Part shown: one piece after another, positions 28,890 through 40,594 of the stretch
Layout of the letters: every line of letters begins with the position of its first letter
How positions within the stretch are numbered: the stretch's first letter is position 1
NCBI GenBank assembly: GCA_965112735.1
Contig: OZ218957.1
Location: forward strand, 992,001-1,056,000
DNA length: 64,000 bases
From: Phaeosaccion multiseriatum
Taxonomy: Eukaryota; Protista; Ochrophyta, other classes
Direction: 5' to 3'
Translations under genes and position numbers: made by a program
Notes under the pieces: model-generated
Seen by the model: only the letters and a program-made list of their open reading frames with translations
The model's database searches: none
What the model was told of the DNA's origin: nothing

Positions 28890-29145
28890 CTTCCTTGGCG
28901 CGCGCTATTTATCGTGATCTCCCTCGCCTGGCACAAACGAAACTCGAAACTCAAAAAGCTTCGCTCCTTACGTAAGATGCTTATGCGCAAAGGTAACGGG
29001 GCGGCGACTCGGAGTCCCATCCTCCCTTTGCCTTTTCGCTTTGCAACACGAGGAGACAGAGGAGGTTGAGGTGGCAAGGGGTTGTAAAGGGGTTGCTCCA
29101 TCCCTCCACCAAAGGCATCAAGACATCCAAGAGAGGGGAAAGAGA

Positions 29146-32100
29146 TCAATCGTCATTAGCGTCATCATCATCATCATCGTCCTCCCTGGACCCGTAGGCC
29201 TGAGCCACCTCTCTCAGCTGCTCCCTCACGGAGTCAGCGTCGTCCCTCTCCCACCCGTTCTTGTCAAGCGCCAAGCGAACAAGGGCAGACTCCAGCCTCA
29301 GGCCCTCCGCCAGGTCGTGCAGGAAGGGGCTGTGCCTTCTTGACGCGTCCACCCCTGCCATCACCGACACCTCGTCGCACATCATCCTATCACTCTGCCC
29401 CTGACCCTGTTCCTGCCCCTGCAGCACCTCCCCACGCTCCCCCACCGAGGCTCTAAAGACGAGGGGGAACGAGAGGGGGATTGGCAGGGGTGTGCGCAGG
29501 GCAAGGCCGCTGACTGCCGCTCCCACTCCCGCCGCCCCGCTCCCGAGCACATCCTGCATAGCTGCGTCCTGCTGGTCGAGAGAGAGGGAGAGGCCTCGAC
29601 ACACCAGAGACGAGCAGTCTCCCACTCGACCCCAGATGGGCCTATTGCTATTGCTATTACTATTGCTATTGCTACTGCTACTGCTACTGCTACTGCTGGC
29701 GCCAGGAGGACCAAGGTGTGCCATGAGCACCGAAGGTAGACCCTGCGCTGAGCTGAAGGGGGGCGTGCGGTCCTGCATCTGGGGGAATGGAGAAGGAGAG
29801 AGAGAGGGGGGGGGGGGGGAGAGCGAGAGAGAGAGAGGGAGAGAGAGAGACACACACAGAGAGAGACAGGAGAGAGCGAAACAGGTCATGCTCTCAACTG
29901 CGATGCATACCGTGCAAAGAGGAGAACAATAGACCCCAGGCAAGGGACACCAAATCCCATCAAGCCCGTCCGCCACGGTGCGCACTCGGCGTCTCTTGTC
30001 TCTGCGCGTTATGTTGTCCCTCTCTCTGCTTGTCCCAATGCTCGTGTGTGTGCGTGTGTGTGTTGTGGATGCCTCCCCTCCCCTTCTCCCCTCCCCCCCC
30101 CCCCCCCCCCACACACACACACTCCCACTCCCTCTCCCCTTCTCTACCCGCCCCTTTCCCTTCCCTACCCTCCTCTCCCCTCCCGCCCTACCAACCCATC
30201 CACCAACCCACCTGCCGTAACATCTCCCTCAAGCCCCCTCCCTCCACGTCCGGCTCCGGCAGCGGCAGATACGCCGACAAGGATCCGAAACGCACATCTT
30301 CCCTCCTAAGCTGCCCCCCACCCCCCTTACGCGCGTCTGCCACCGCCGCCCCTGACTTGATCGCGTCCATCCAGTCCAACACGGAGCCCCTCACGACGGG
30401 ACCGGCGCTGTGGCTGGGGCGGGAGAAGCGGTAGGGGGAGGTTGCGGTGTCTAGAGCGGCAGCGAGGATACTGCTCGTGTGGTACGCCTTATGCGTGTCC
30501 ACGGCGAGGTGGGGCGACACCTGAAGACATGTCAAGTCAAGCGATCCGTCAGTCAATCAATCAGTCGGTCAGGTGGTCAGTCAGTCAGTCAAGTCAGTCA
30601 GTCAATCTATCAGTCCATCAGTCGCTAAATCAGCAAGTGCAGACAGGCAGGCGGTCAAGAGGCTTGTGTCTGGAAGACCCAGGCATCAAGACAGCTAACC
30701 CCACTGCTGATCTGTACACGACGGTCCATCTGCTCGACAAGGCAACCAGCCAGGCCGCATACACACACAGCAGCCGACCCCCCCCCCGTTGTCGCCATTC
30801 ACTCACACACTCAAGCACTCACGCACTCACGTTGGCAGCGGCGTCTTCATCCAGTAGCAGAGTGAGCGGCGCCAGCTCCAGCAGGCTCGACATACAGAGC
30901 GCAGCGTTGACGGCGGAACGAGCCACGGCCTGCCCGGTCTGCCCCCCGGGGGAGGTTGGAGTCGTATGGGCTAGTGATTTGCGGAAGGCGAAGCACGAGA
31001 TGGGCACGTTCCTGCCGACAGGGGAGCACGGGCAGGGCAAGGGGGTGGGGGGTGGGGGGTTCCATCACAGGGGTGTGTAAAAGAGGGCGAATCAGGAGAG
31101 GGAAGAGCGTGAGGGCAGAGTGAAGACGGGACAAGAGGGGCATGGAGAGAGGCTCGAGGGGCAGCCGGGGCACGCGGGGACAGGAGTGAGAGGGAAAGCA
31201 ATGAGGTACTGTATGGGGCTGGGGTAGGAGGGGGTGTAATCTGGGTTGGTTCCCTTTCTTCTGCCTCTCTGACTGACCTGCACTCGTCGGCGAAGTCCGT
31301 TATCAGCGAGCAGGACAGCCCCCCCCAGCCGCCGTGCGTGTCCGACAGGAGGTTGAGCCCCTGCACAGCGTCGCACTCCTCCAACTGCGCCCTGTTGACG
31401 TGTTGAAGTGACAACATGTTTTACGTGTCGTGTCGACGTTATGAAAGTGGGGTGGGCAGGCGTGGGACGTACAGAAAGGGAGCAGCGATGAAGTGAAGGA
31501 CATCAATTTCATACGATGAGGGCACTCACTCTCCCGCGAGGCTCCCATTGACGGGCCACTAACCTCAGCGAGTCGTTATAAGTGTCCCAGTCCTGCTCTG
31601 CCAGGTACCCTACCCCTCGCTGGCCCTTGCTGCCACAGCTAAAGTAGTCAAAGTCCGCCGAAATGTCCCGGAAGGGAAGCCTCTGGAAGGTGCTCGGGTG
31701 AGTGTAGCACTTTAGATAGTCCGACCAAGTGGTCACACTGTGGGGGTGGGCAGAGGGCATACGGCAGCGGATGGCAGGGAGTAGAGAGAGAGGAGAGAGG
31801 AGAGAGTAGAGCCAGCAGAGAGGGCGGAGGGCAGGAGGCAGAGGGCAGAGAGCATATGGCAGCAGATGGCAAGGAGTAGAGGAGAGAGGAGATATAGCAG
31901 GGAGGGCGGAGGGCAGAGAGCAGTGAGCATATGGCAGCAGATGGCAAGGAGTAGAGGAGAGAGGAGATATAGCAGGGAGGGCAGAGAGCAGAGAGCATAT
32001 GGCAGCATATGGCAGGGAGTAGAGGAGAGAGGAGATATAGCAGGGAGGGCAGGGAGTAGAGGACAGACATCAGAGAGTAAACAGCAACGATCAAAAGCAG

Positions 32101-33094
32101 GGAGCAGTCAGTGAGTATGGGGCGCGTAAGAGGGGCGTGCGGCGGAAGTGAGATGAGCAAGCCGCAGTAGCAACGGAACAGCGCGAAGCATACGGACGAA
32201 TCTAGTCATTGGTGTGGGGGCAGGCTTCCCTCCGCTGACGGTGGGGCGGAGCACATATACACAAGCACACAAGACACAGACATTGACATCCCTACCCGGC
32301 CCAGTTCTTTGACATACCTGTCGTCGAGGCCGAAGGGGTGGTCTCTTCGTCGCTTGTTCATAAAGTCATCCTTATCACCCTCCTCCTCCTCCTCCTCCTG
32401 CAAGGATTGGTGAGGCAATGAGAGGCCCGTTTGGGTTTACATTTGGCGTGCATCAGAGGGAGTTGCGTGACAGGGTGTGTGGTGTGTTGGCGTGGTGATG
32501 AGCATGAATGACCACGGCACGCTCTGGCACAGAGAGCGGATCAGACATCCCCGACAGGAGAGCACAGGAGCGCCAAGAGAAGGGACGGGTGGGGAGGGGA
32601 GGGTACACGCCTGAAATGCCGGAACCAAGCCAGGCAACAAACCAAGCCGTAATACGTCTCTTAGAGCCGTCTTTCTTTCACCTCTAGCCGCAGGTTCCTT
32701 CTCTCTCACCTCTCCTTCGCCCATACCCTCATCGTCGTCTGCGCCTCGGTCTTGCTCCTTGTCCAAGAACTCTAGGAAGGCGTTTTTGTGGGCCACTTGC
32801 TGCTGAATCTTTTGCACACCGCCCCCCCAGAGAGAGCGAACCATCTCCTCTGCCTCTTGCTGCTGCTGCTCTCTCTGCTGCTGCACATTCAGACACTGCT
32901 TGGATTCGCCCGTCGCCCCCATCAAGCCCTTGTCGGGCATACAGCCCAGTCCATCCCTGGTGGTGATGAGCAGATGCGAGGGGACAGGGTGAGAGAGCGG
33001 GAGTGGCACGGTATGTCCAGGAGGGGGCGGTGCCGCACTGGGACACGACCCAGAGAGCATTCTTACATCCGCCGATGCGCGCTGCCTCCAGAGG

Positions 33095-33133
<39 letters not shown>

Positions 33134-33538
33134 ACTGCCTCAGCAGACGTGCACTTGCCTGGTGTCAAAGATGAGCAGCCTCGGGGTGGGCTCCTCCTGC
33201 TCCTTGCCCTTCCAGCCCACCCGATACAGCACCTCCTTGCGATAGGTCTCGTGCAGCCCCCCTCGGAGATGCAGCTGAGACAGCTCGTCTTGGAAGTTCC
33301 AAAAGTGGGCCCCAACATGGTTTGCGTACCTGTCCGCGGGGGGGGCATTGGGTAGACAAAGAGAGGGGGGGTGTACGTGTCAAGTCATTCTGTAGGCAAT
33401 ATGGGAAGGGACTTCGCCGTGACGCGCGACCATCCCGACCTTACAAGCTCCACATATCCCTGCCTACTCCACCATCTACAGAGCTTGTCTTTCTCACCTG
33501 CCTACTTGGATCGTGAGCACCTCCCGCTCTTGAGCCAT
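29146..33538 (-). CDS. MSTO1: Misato / DML1 tubulin-like protein
   Basis: MAQEREVLTIQVG|.YANHVGAHFWNFQD; TPRLLIFDT|.DGLG; VTTWSDYLKCYTHP; LEECDAVQGLNLLSDTHGGWGG; YHTSSILAAALDTATSPYR. These are Misato segment II and Tubulin_3 motifs. Confidence 0.9.
31780..32060. repeat. Intronic minisatellite (~65-75 bp unit, ~3-4 copies) in MSTO1
   Basis: Repeated gagcatatggcagcagatggcaaggagtagaggagagaggagatatagcagggaggg. Confidence 0.8.
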
Positions 33539-33558
33539 TTTCCCAACTAGCTCCTCAA

Positions 33559-33713
33559 TCGATTAGCCTCTCCTCGAAGGCCTTCCGGGATCTAGTGTAT
33601 CACTGGGACCAGGCCTTCATTCTGTGTGCTAGCTCCACTGTCGTTAGAGGAGCAGGGCGCGCTCTCGCGGGGGAAGGAGAAAGAAGGATCGCAAGGATGG
33701 CACTCCACGCCAT
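33559..33713 (-). promoter_or_regulatory. MSTO1 5' leader/proximal promoter; copy A of a diverged direct repeat
   Basis: 33559-33630 aligns ungapped to 35314-35385 (56/72 identical by hand count). Further shared blocks: tcgcggg and tggYactccac(c)gccat. Starts 21 nt upstream of the MSTO1 ATG. Confidence 0.7.
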
Positions 33714-34457
33714 GAAATCACAGATGGCTTTGGATTTGGAAGTGAATAAGGCCGATTTCTCGATTTCTCCTCCTAATATGGTGAGAAGCGTCTGGCCCAG
33801 AAGCCCGAAGCCAGGAGGGGGATACGGCCCAGAAGCCAGAAGCCAGAGAAAACCTCGCCTGGGGCCGAAAGAAGGAACTTCTGTGACTCTTGTCATTCGC
33901 TCTCCCGTGGCAGGTGCGGGGGGGGGACGGGCGTCCCACGACGAGGGTGGTGGTGTCAGAGACGTGTCAGGCAGCCAGGGAAGGAGGTGCAAGTACTGAT
34001 ATGACAGCGCGCCTTGGCCAGAGGCCTTTCAGTTTCAATTACCGCCGGCCGACCGGCTTTAAGAGTCTCAACAGGCATAGACATTTATTTTATTCGGCGG
34101 GTGTGTGCAAGCGCAGAGCACCCGCGTCGAGCGAGGGCAGTCTCCTCAGGCCAGCCGAGCACGACACCGCAGAACCTTGACACGGCCGCCATTCCTTGTC
34201 CACCTTCTCTGCGGGCAGGACACTGCCGCGGCGCACTCACAGTGGGGACAACCCTTATGTGCACGGTGACGTGGTGCATACCTTGTAAAGCGGCGGCACG
34301 ACGCGCTTAACAACTCTTTCGACGACACCGAAGACAGGGAGACATGCCTCTCTCTCTCTCTCGTGGTATGGGCATGGTTTGACGCAACTCCCTCTTGTGG
34401 CATGGTTTGACGCAGGTGAATCTAGTTAGCTTCATCCTTTCGTCTTCTTTCTTCTCA

Positions 34458-35288
34458 TTACTCTCTTTGAAACTCCTGTTGGAGCATCACGTTCGAGTAC
34501 GTGAATGAAAATCGTTCCGAGGCAATGTCTATGGCTTGGAGAAACGGATGAGTCTCCGGAACATCTTCAATGGCTTCGGCTGCTGTAATGGCTGCTGGTT
34601 CTGATGTCCAATAGACCAAGTCCAGCCATAAACTGCTGTCTTCGTACCCTTGTGCTAGAATGCGATGCGCTGCTGTGCCAATCGTTTCAAAGAAGGGCGT
34701 AGTCATCTTCCCGTCGCCAACAAACTCCGTGTCGTCCACGTCCGGAACCAAGGTAAAGGAGGCCAGCTCTACGACAGGCGCCACCATGGTTGAAGAAGGT
34801 GCCGTCCAATCCAACTGAATAGCTGCGTGTGAAAGCGTCAACGTGGTAGCATTGATGGAGCTTAAGAAAGGCTGTGCTTGCGGCCAGACTAGAATATCTT
34901 CTGCCGCCTTTGAGGCTGCTGTCATGCTCGTCCAGTGGACAATGTCGGACCAAACACCTTCGTTCAGTACCAACGATCGGCTTACAGCGCTACCGTTGGT
35001 ACCCTCAAAGAAGCCCTGCAACGCTTTCGCGTCCTCGATGAAACTGTCTACACCAATCGCCGAATCATTTACGAGCGAAAACTGTGCCAATTCAATCACG
35101 TGCCTGTGATGCTGTTGATGAGGACTCACCACGCCGTTTGCGTATTTACCCCAAAGACCCAGGCACAAGGCACCGAGCCCAAGAAGTGTAGTGGCATATG
35201 CCAAAGCATGGCACCATTTTTTGTTTTCATTGCTGCTACCTTTAGCACTCCTGATCAAGCTGGTGGACTCGTCACCTCCATCGTCCAT
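34458..35288 (-). CDS. Intronless type II membrane protein with two tandem ABM-like (dimeric alpha-beta barrel) domains
   Basis: 276-aa ORF with a TM segment (ALAYATTLLGLGALCLGLW). Internal duplication: VIELAQFSL...WSDIVHWTS..AA..AAE.I...P...PFL..I versus VVELASFTL...WLDLVYWTS..AA..AAE.I...P...PFL..I. The pattern resembles bacterial ABM-family proteins. About 48% GC in sampled lines. Confidence 0.7.
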   Translation of the reverse strand: MDDGGDESTSLIRSAKGSSNENKKWCHALAYATTLLGLGALCLGLWGKYANGVVSPHQQHHRHVIELAQFSLVNDSAIGVDSFIEDAKALQGFFEGTNGSAVSRSLVLNEGVWSDIVHWTSMTAASKAAEDILVWPQAQPFLSSINATTLTLSHAAIQLDWTAPSSTMVAPVVELASFTLVPDVDDTEFVGDGKMTTPFFETIGTAAHRILAQGYEDSSLWLDLVYWTSEPAAITAAEAIEDVPETHPFLQAIDIASERFSFTYSNVMLQQEFQRE

Positions 35289-35313
35289 TTCTTGTTCAAA
35301 TATTCCAATCAAC

Positions 35314-35442
35314 CCGATCAGCTTCTTCTTCGAGGCCTTCCGGGATCAAGTGTATCGCTGCGCCCAGGCGCTCATCCCGTATGCTCCGAGCTAGATTTAG
35401 TTTTTCGCGGGTGAACAGGGGCTGTTGGTACTCCACCGCCAT
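35314..35442 (-). promoter_or_regulatory. 5' leader/promoter of the ABM-like gene, in the divergent gap with BRAP2; copy B of the direct repeat
   Basis: Diverged duplicate of 33559-33713, starting 26 nt upstream of ATG 35288. Confidence 0.7.
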
Positions 35443-35557
35443 TTGCAGGGGAGGGCTCCTCCGCTATACACATCTTCGGCGGAGGATGGAGCGGGGACGA
35501 TAGGTACAGTGCTATAGAGAACGGATGGGCAAAACGTAAGGCTAGAGGGAAGACGCC

Positions 35558-38059
35558 ATGGCGGAGGCGGCAGCTCCTCCAGCGGCGGTGCAGCTCGCTT
35601 CACCAGAAGAGGAGTCTACTGAGGGGGATGAGTGTGCTCCTCTGTCGCTGCCCTTCCTCACGGGCAATCCCCAGATTTACGTGCAGTCGGGCACGCTCTC
35701 TATCAACAGGGCTGCAGCCATTGCGGCGCAAGCCTTTGCGGCTGCTCCGCCAGGTACTGCGGGTGATGATAGTGATGCAAGCGGTGGAGACAGCGGCGAG
35801 GATATGCAGTCAGTGGTGTGTATCACCGCAGTACCTGCACACATGATCCCCACAGACATCCTCTCGTTCATGGCACCCTTCAAGCAGCGTACCCACTGTG
35901 TCCGCGTCTTGAGGCCGTGCTACCCGGGCAGCGACGCGCTCCAGTACATGCTGTTTGTGCATCTGGACCAGGTGAGACGTTGGTTGTGTTCACAACAACA
36001 TCCATGAATTCGCGTGTCTCCAAGGCTGTCTATTCAGCTACTCCTCTCTCCTCAACCGGCGGACGTCTTTCTTCTCTCGTTCCAACAGGCTTCGACGGCG
36101 AGGGACTTCTACCTCCAGTTCAATGGCAGGCTCTTCAGCAGCATGGAGGAGGACCGCTGTGAGGTTGTGTTTGTGTCTTCTCTTACCTTCGATACTGACG
36201 ACACCCAACCGCAGCAGCTGCAGCAGCAGCAGGGACGGCTGGGGGACGTGAGTGGTTGTGAAAGCAGCTGTGGTTTAATGCCGTGGGCATCTAAATCCAG
36301 CAGCCTTCCACCGCAGCCGCAGCAACAGCAGACGGAGCTCCGAGCCTCCGCGGCGCCCTCTCCCACCGGCGATTCCCTTCGAGCGACCGCCATGTGTGTG
36401 ATCTGTATGGAGGGCATGGAGCAGCAGGTACTCACCACCGCTTGCAACCACAGCTTCCACATCGACTGCCTGGCCAAGTGGCAAGACAGCCCGTGCCCTG
36501 TGTGTCGGTTCCATCACAATAGCGGGAGCGAAGAGTCCGCCTGTCAGGTACGCACGCGCTTGTGGCCGCCTCTACCGACCCCTCCCCCCTCTCCTCCTCC
36601 TCTCCTTCCGTCTCTGCTGAGAAGCCTCAAAACCCTCGCTGCGGCCTTTGTCTCTCTCGCTTGTATTATGCCCCCCCCCCCCCTCTGTCCTGTCCACGAG
36701 CGCAGGAATGCCACACGACCACGAACCTCTATGTGTGCCTGCTGTGCGGCTATGTGGGGTGCGGGCGGAGGGGAGACGGACTGGCGCACTCACGCGCCCA
36801 CTACGACTCCACCCTACACGCCTACGCCCTGGAGATCGAAACGCAGCAGGTAGGGTAGGGGCAGTTTATTTATATACATATATATATATATATATGTACA
36901 AGGGATGAGGGGCGTTGAGAGCATGGCGCTGCTTGCCCAGTGCGTGGAGTGTAATGGCATGCTCTGCCTCACCCCTTTTCCCCCCCGCCCACCCTGTGTC
37001 ATTCTGCCGCTGCCATCCTTTTCTGCTGACTTCTGCTACCATCCTTCGGCGGCCATCATTTGTTGCCCAGGTGTGGGACTATGCCGGGGACGGTTACGTT
37101 CACCGCCTGATCCATAACAAGGCCGATGGAAAGCTCGTGGAGGTGCCCAATCCGATGCAAGCCTCGGAGGAGAGGCCGTGCCTGCCCCTGCAGCTCTCGG
37201 ACGTTCAACAGGTGGGTCATATCCACACGCACACGCACACATGCACACACACATACACGCACACACGGCCCTTGACGGGACCGGTTGCGGCTCCTATTCG
37301 ACGTTCTTTTGCTTCCCCTCCCCCCTCCCCGCTCCTTTCTTGATGCTGACTTACCGTGCTTCGCTTCTTTGCGACTTGCACGGCGCCTTGCCGCGTCTCT
37401 GCCTCCTCTACCTCTATCGCATCTACCTCTGCCTCTGCCTCTGCCTCTGTCCCTACCTCTATCGCCTCTACCTCTGCCTCTGCCTCTGTCCCTACCTCTA
37501 TCGAATCTACCTCTGCCTCTGCCTCTACCTCTGTCCCTACCTCCTCTGTCTCTCTCTGCCTCCTCTACCTCTATCGCATCTACCTCTGCCTCTGCCTCTG
37601 CCTCTGCCTCTGTCCCTACCTCTATCGCATCTACCTCTGCCTCTGCCTCTGTCCCTACCTCTATCGCATCTACCTCTGCCTCTGCCTCTGCCTCTGTCCC
37701 TACCTCTATCGCATCTACCTCTGCCTCTGCCTCTGCCTCTGTCCCTACCTGTATCGCATCTACCTTTGCGCCTCACTCCTCTCCATGGTGTGTGTCAGGA
37801 GCGCCTGGTGCACGGTAAGCTCGAGGGGCTCGCGCTGCAGTACAACACGCTCCTCGCCAGCCAGCTTGAGGAACAGCGGCGCTACTACGAGGGCCTCATC
37901 AACAGCGGAGTGGCGCTGAGCAGCAGTGGGGCGGGTGGAGGAGGAGGCGAGGGGCGAGGGGGCAGGGGAGGTCAGGGGGGAGGACCGAGCCAAAGTACAT
38001 GGGGGGCGACAACCTCTGCATTAGGAGGAAGAGGAGGAGGAGGGAGAGGAGGAGGAGGA

Positions 38060-38090
<31 letters not shown>

Positions 38091-39577
38091 GAGCAGCAGC
38101 AGCAGCAGCAGTAGCAGGAGGAGGAGGAGCAGGAGCAGGAGGAGCAGGAGGAGGAGGAGGAGCAGCAGCAGCAGCAGCATCAGGAGGAGCGGCGGCAACA
38201 GTAGCGGCGGCAAGGCAGTCATCATCATCATCATCTCCAGCTGCCCCGGCAGCAGCTGCAGCTTCGGTGAAGAGGACCACAGGCGCTGAGCTCATCTCGG
38301 CACTGAAGCAGGAGAAGCGCCAGCTCGAGCAGCGCTGCGCAGGCGTGTCGGAGCGTCTGCGCAAGGCCCAAGAGGAAATGACCTTTCTGCAGGTTGGTGC
38401 TGGTGATCGGTCAGAGGGCAGAGGTCACAGGTCAGGGTCAGTTAGTGAGGGTTGCGCTCTGCCCGCTCGCGCCTCGGTCGGAGCTCTGTGCACCTTGGCC
38501 TTTCCAAGCGTGCTCCCCCCCCCCCGTCCCTCGGGGAGCTCGTGCTCGAAGCATGTTTGTGCCATCTTGGCCCACTCACTCACTGACTCACTTACTCTCT
38601 TACTCACTCACTCACTCACTCACTCACTGACTCACTTATTGTCTTGCACACTCACTCACTCACTCACTCACTTACTCACTTAGTCTCTTACTCACTCACT
38701 CACACACACACTCACTCACCTACCCACTGACCCACTCACTCACTCACTCTTTCACTCACTTACTCACTTAGTCTCTTACTCACTCACTCACACACTCACT
38801 CACCTACCCACTGACCCACTCACTCACTCACTCACTCACTCACTTACTCACTTAGTCTCTAACTCACTCACTCACACACTCACTCACCTACCCACTGACC
38901 CACTCACTCACTCACTCACTCACTCACTCACTCACTCACTCACTCACTCACTCACTCACACACTCACTCACCTACCCACTGACCCACTCACTCACTCACT
39001 CACTCACTTACTTACTCACTTAGTCTCTTACTCACTCACTCACACACTCACTCACCTACCCACTGACCCACTCACTCACTCACTCTTTCACTCACTCCGC
39101 ACCTGCCCCTCCTCCTTCTCATCGGTTGCTGCTGCAACATCCGTGGATGACTCCCACCCCACCCCCCCCCCATCACAGGAGCTGAACAAGTCTCTAGAGC
39201 AGAACAAGGCCCAGTGGCGCGACGAGGTGAAGCGTGTGGAGCAGGAGCTAGTCGAGGCGGAACTGGTGGTGGAGCAATGGGTACCTCAGTTAGAGGAGAA
39301 GGTACACAACCTCATGCTCAAGCTGGATGGGCAAGTGGCTGCGGCTGCGGCTGCTGCTGCCGATGCTGATGCTGGTTCTGGAGACGAGGGAGAGGGAAAC
39401 AGGAAAGTGGCGAGCGCCGCCGTTGTGCCAAATGGAGAAGGCGCCAAGCGGGAGGGGGTGGATGCTGCCTCTGTTGCCGTATCACCAACTGCTGCTCCTG
39501 CTAGTGGATGCACAGACGGCCGGGTGGAGCCCACACCCCCGCCAGCTCGGCGGAAAGGGAAGAAGAAGAAGGGCTGA
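35558..39577 (+). CDS. BRAP: BRCA1-associated protein (BRAP2/IMP/ETP1) RING E3 ligase
   Basis: GNPQI; [10 protein letters not shown]; [14 protein letters not shown]; [12 protein letters not shown]...[13 protein letters not shown]...CPVCRF; Zn[18 protein letters not shown]...AHY...[11 protein letters not shown]|[14 protein letters not shown]; [14 protein letters not shown]; coiled-coil tail. Confidence 0.95.
37398..37768. repeat. Intronic minisatellite built from (CTCTGC)n + tgtccctacctctatcgcatctac
   Basis: About 8 units of 39-51 bp that differ in the number of CTCTGC hexamers. It explains the spurious [23 protein letters not shown] ORFs. Confidence 0.85.
38572..39096. repeat. (CTCA)n-based higher-order intronic repeat in BRAP2
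   Basis: (ctca)n interrupted by recurring blocks cttagtctctta and cacacactcactcacctacccactgacccact (about 5 times). Confidence 0.85.
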
Positions 39578-40594
39578 AGGATAGAAGGAAGGAAGGAAGG
39601 ATAGAAGGAAGGAAGGAAGGAAGGAAGGAAGGAAGGAAGGAAGGAGGGAAGGAAGGAAGGAAGGAAGGAAGGAGGGAAGGGTGTGTTGCGCTCTTGGGGG
39701 GGCCCTTTAGATGCCTTTGCGCGGCGTGGGGCGAGGAGGGTTCGGCAATGGGCCGCACCAGTAGTATGGGTGACCTCCTCGCTCTCTCGGCGGGTGCCTC
39801 AACGCTTCAACTGATTCTGCAGTATTTATGTGGAGCGAATCTGAATCTTCACCCGCGGGGTGGGGGGCCTGAATGTACAGCAAAAAAGTATTTTATTCGC
39901 CACTCGTGGCTCTTTCACACGCCCCTCCTTCTAGCAATCCATCGCGCGGCATTGCCTCTGGATTCATTACGCTCTGACTGCCCTGCCCTCTTTCCAAGGG
40001 CCGAGCAACTGAGGGCCCAACGCTTGAGGTGAGCGTCAGAGGGCCTGCTCCACAGGGCCATCCTCGGGGCCGGCCAGCAAGCGATCGCGGCGTTTCTGCC
40101 CTCCATCGCCTTCGGGACACGGCAAGCGTCGGGGGAGCGATCAGCGACGCGGTCGTGCCCCATTGCGACCGCCCAGCGCTCCTTCCATGAGCAGCAGCGA
40201 CGCCGCACGAGAGACCACCCACCCGGCCTCCAGACCTGGACGGAACAGGCGCTGCCAGAAACGGACCGTCGCGAGGTGCCAGACCCTGGGCGGAGGGCCG
40301 AGGCCCCGCTCCTCTCACAGCAGGAGGCGAAATGTGCGCTCCATCGTCAGTCAGCCAAATACCCTCTCGATGGAAGAGCTGCAAGAGGAAGACAGAAGGG
40401 CCGGAGATGCAGAGCTTGCTGCATCTCTTGTCCTTCCGCCAGCCGCCACAGCAAGGCCGAGCTGGCGGCGGGGTTATTCCTTTCTCTCTCTCCTGGTGAC
40501 TATTTCCTGTTCTTCTGCCGCCGCTGCAGCTCTCTTGCTCCACGAGGCTGCACCTTCGTCACACAGCAGCAAGACTCTTGTCAACCAACCCGTG

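Noticed and set aside
33595-33999. 134-aa plus-strand ORF overlapping repeat copy A
   Set aside because: No homology recognised; differences between the repeat copies are mostly non-synonymous in this frame and copy B hits a stop, so the repeat is not a conserved coding unit.
37178-37919. Cys/Leu/Tyr- or Ser/Ala-repeat proteins
   Set aside because: Translations of the intronic minisatellite; the BRAP2 frame resumes at ~37799.
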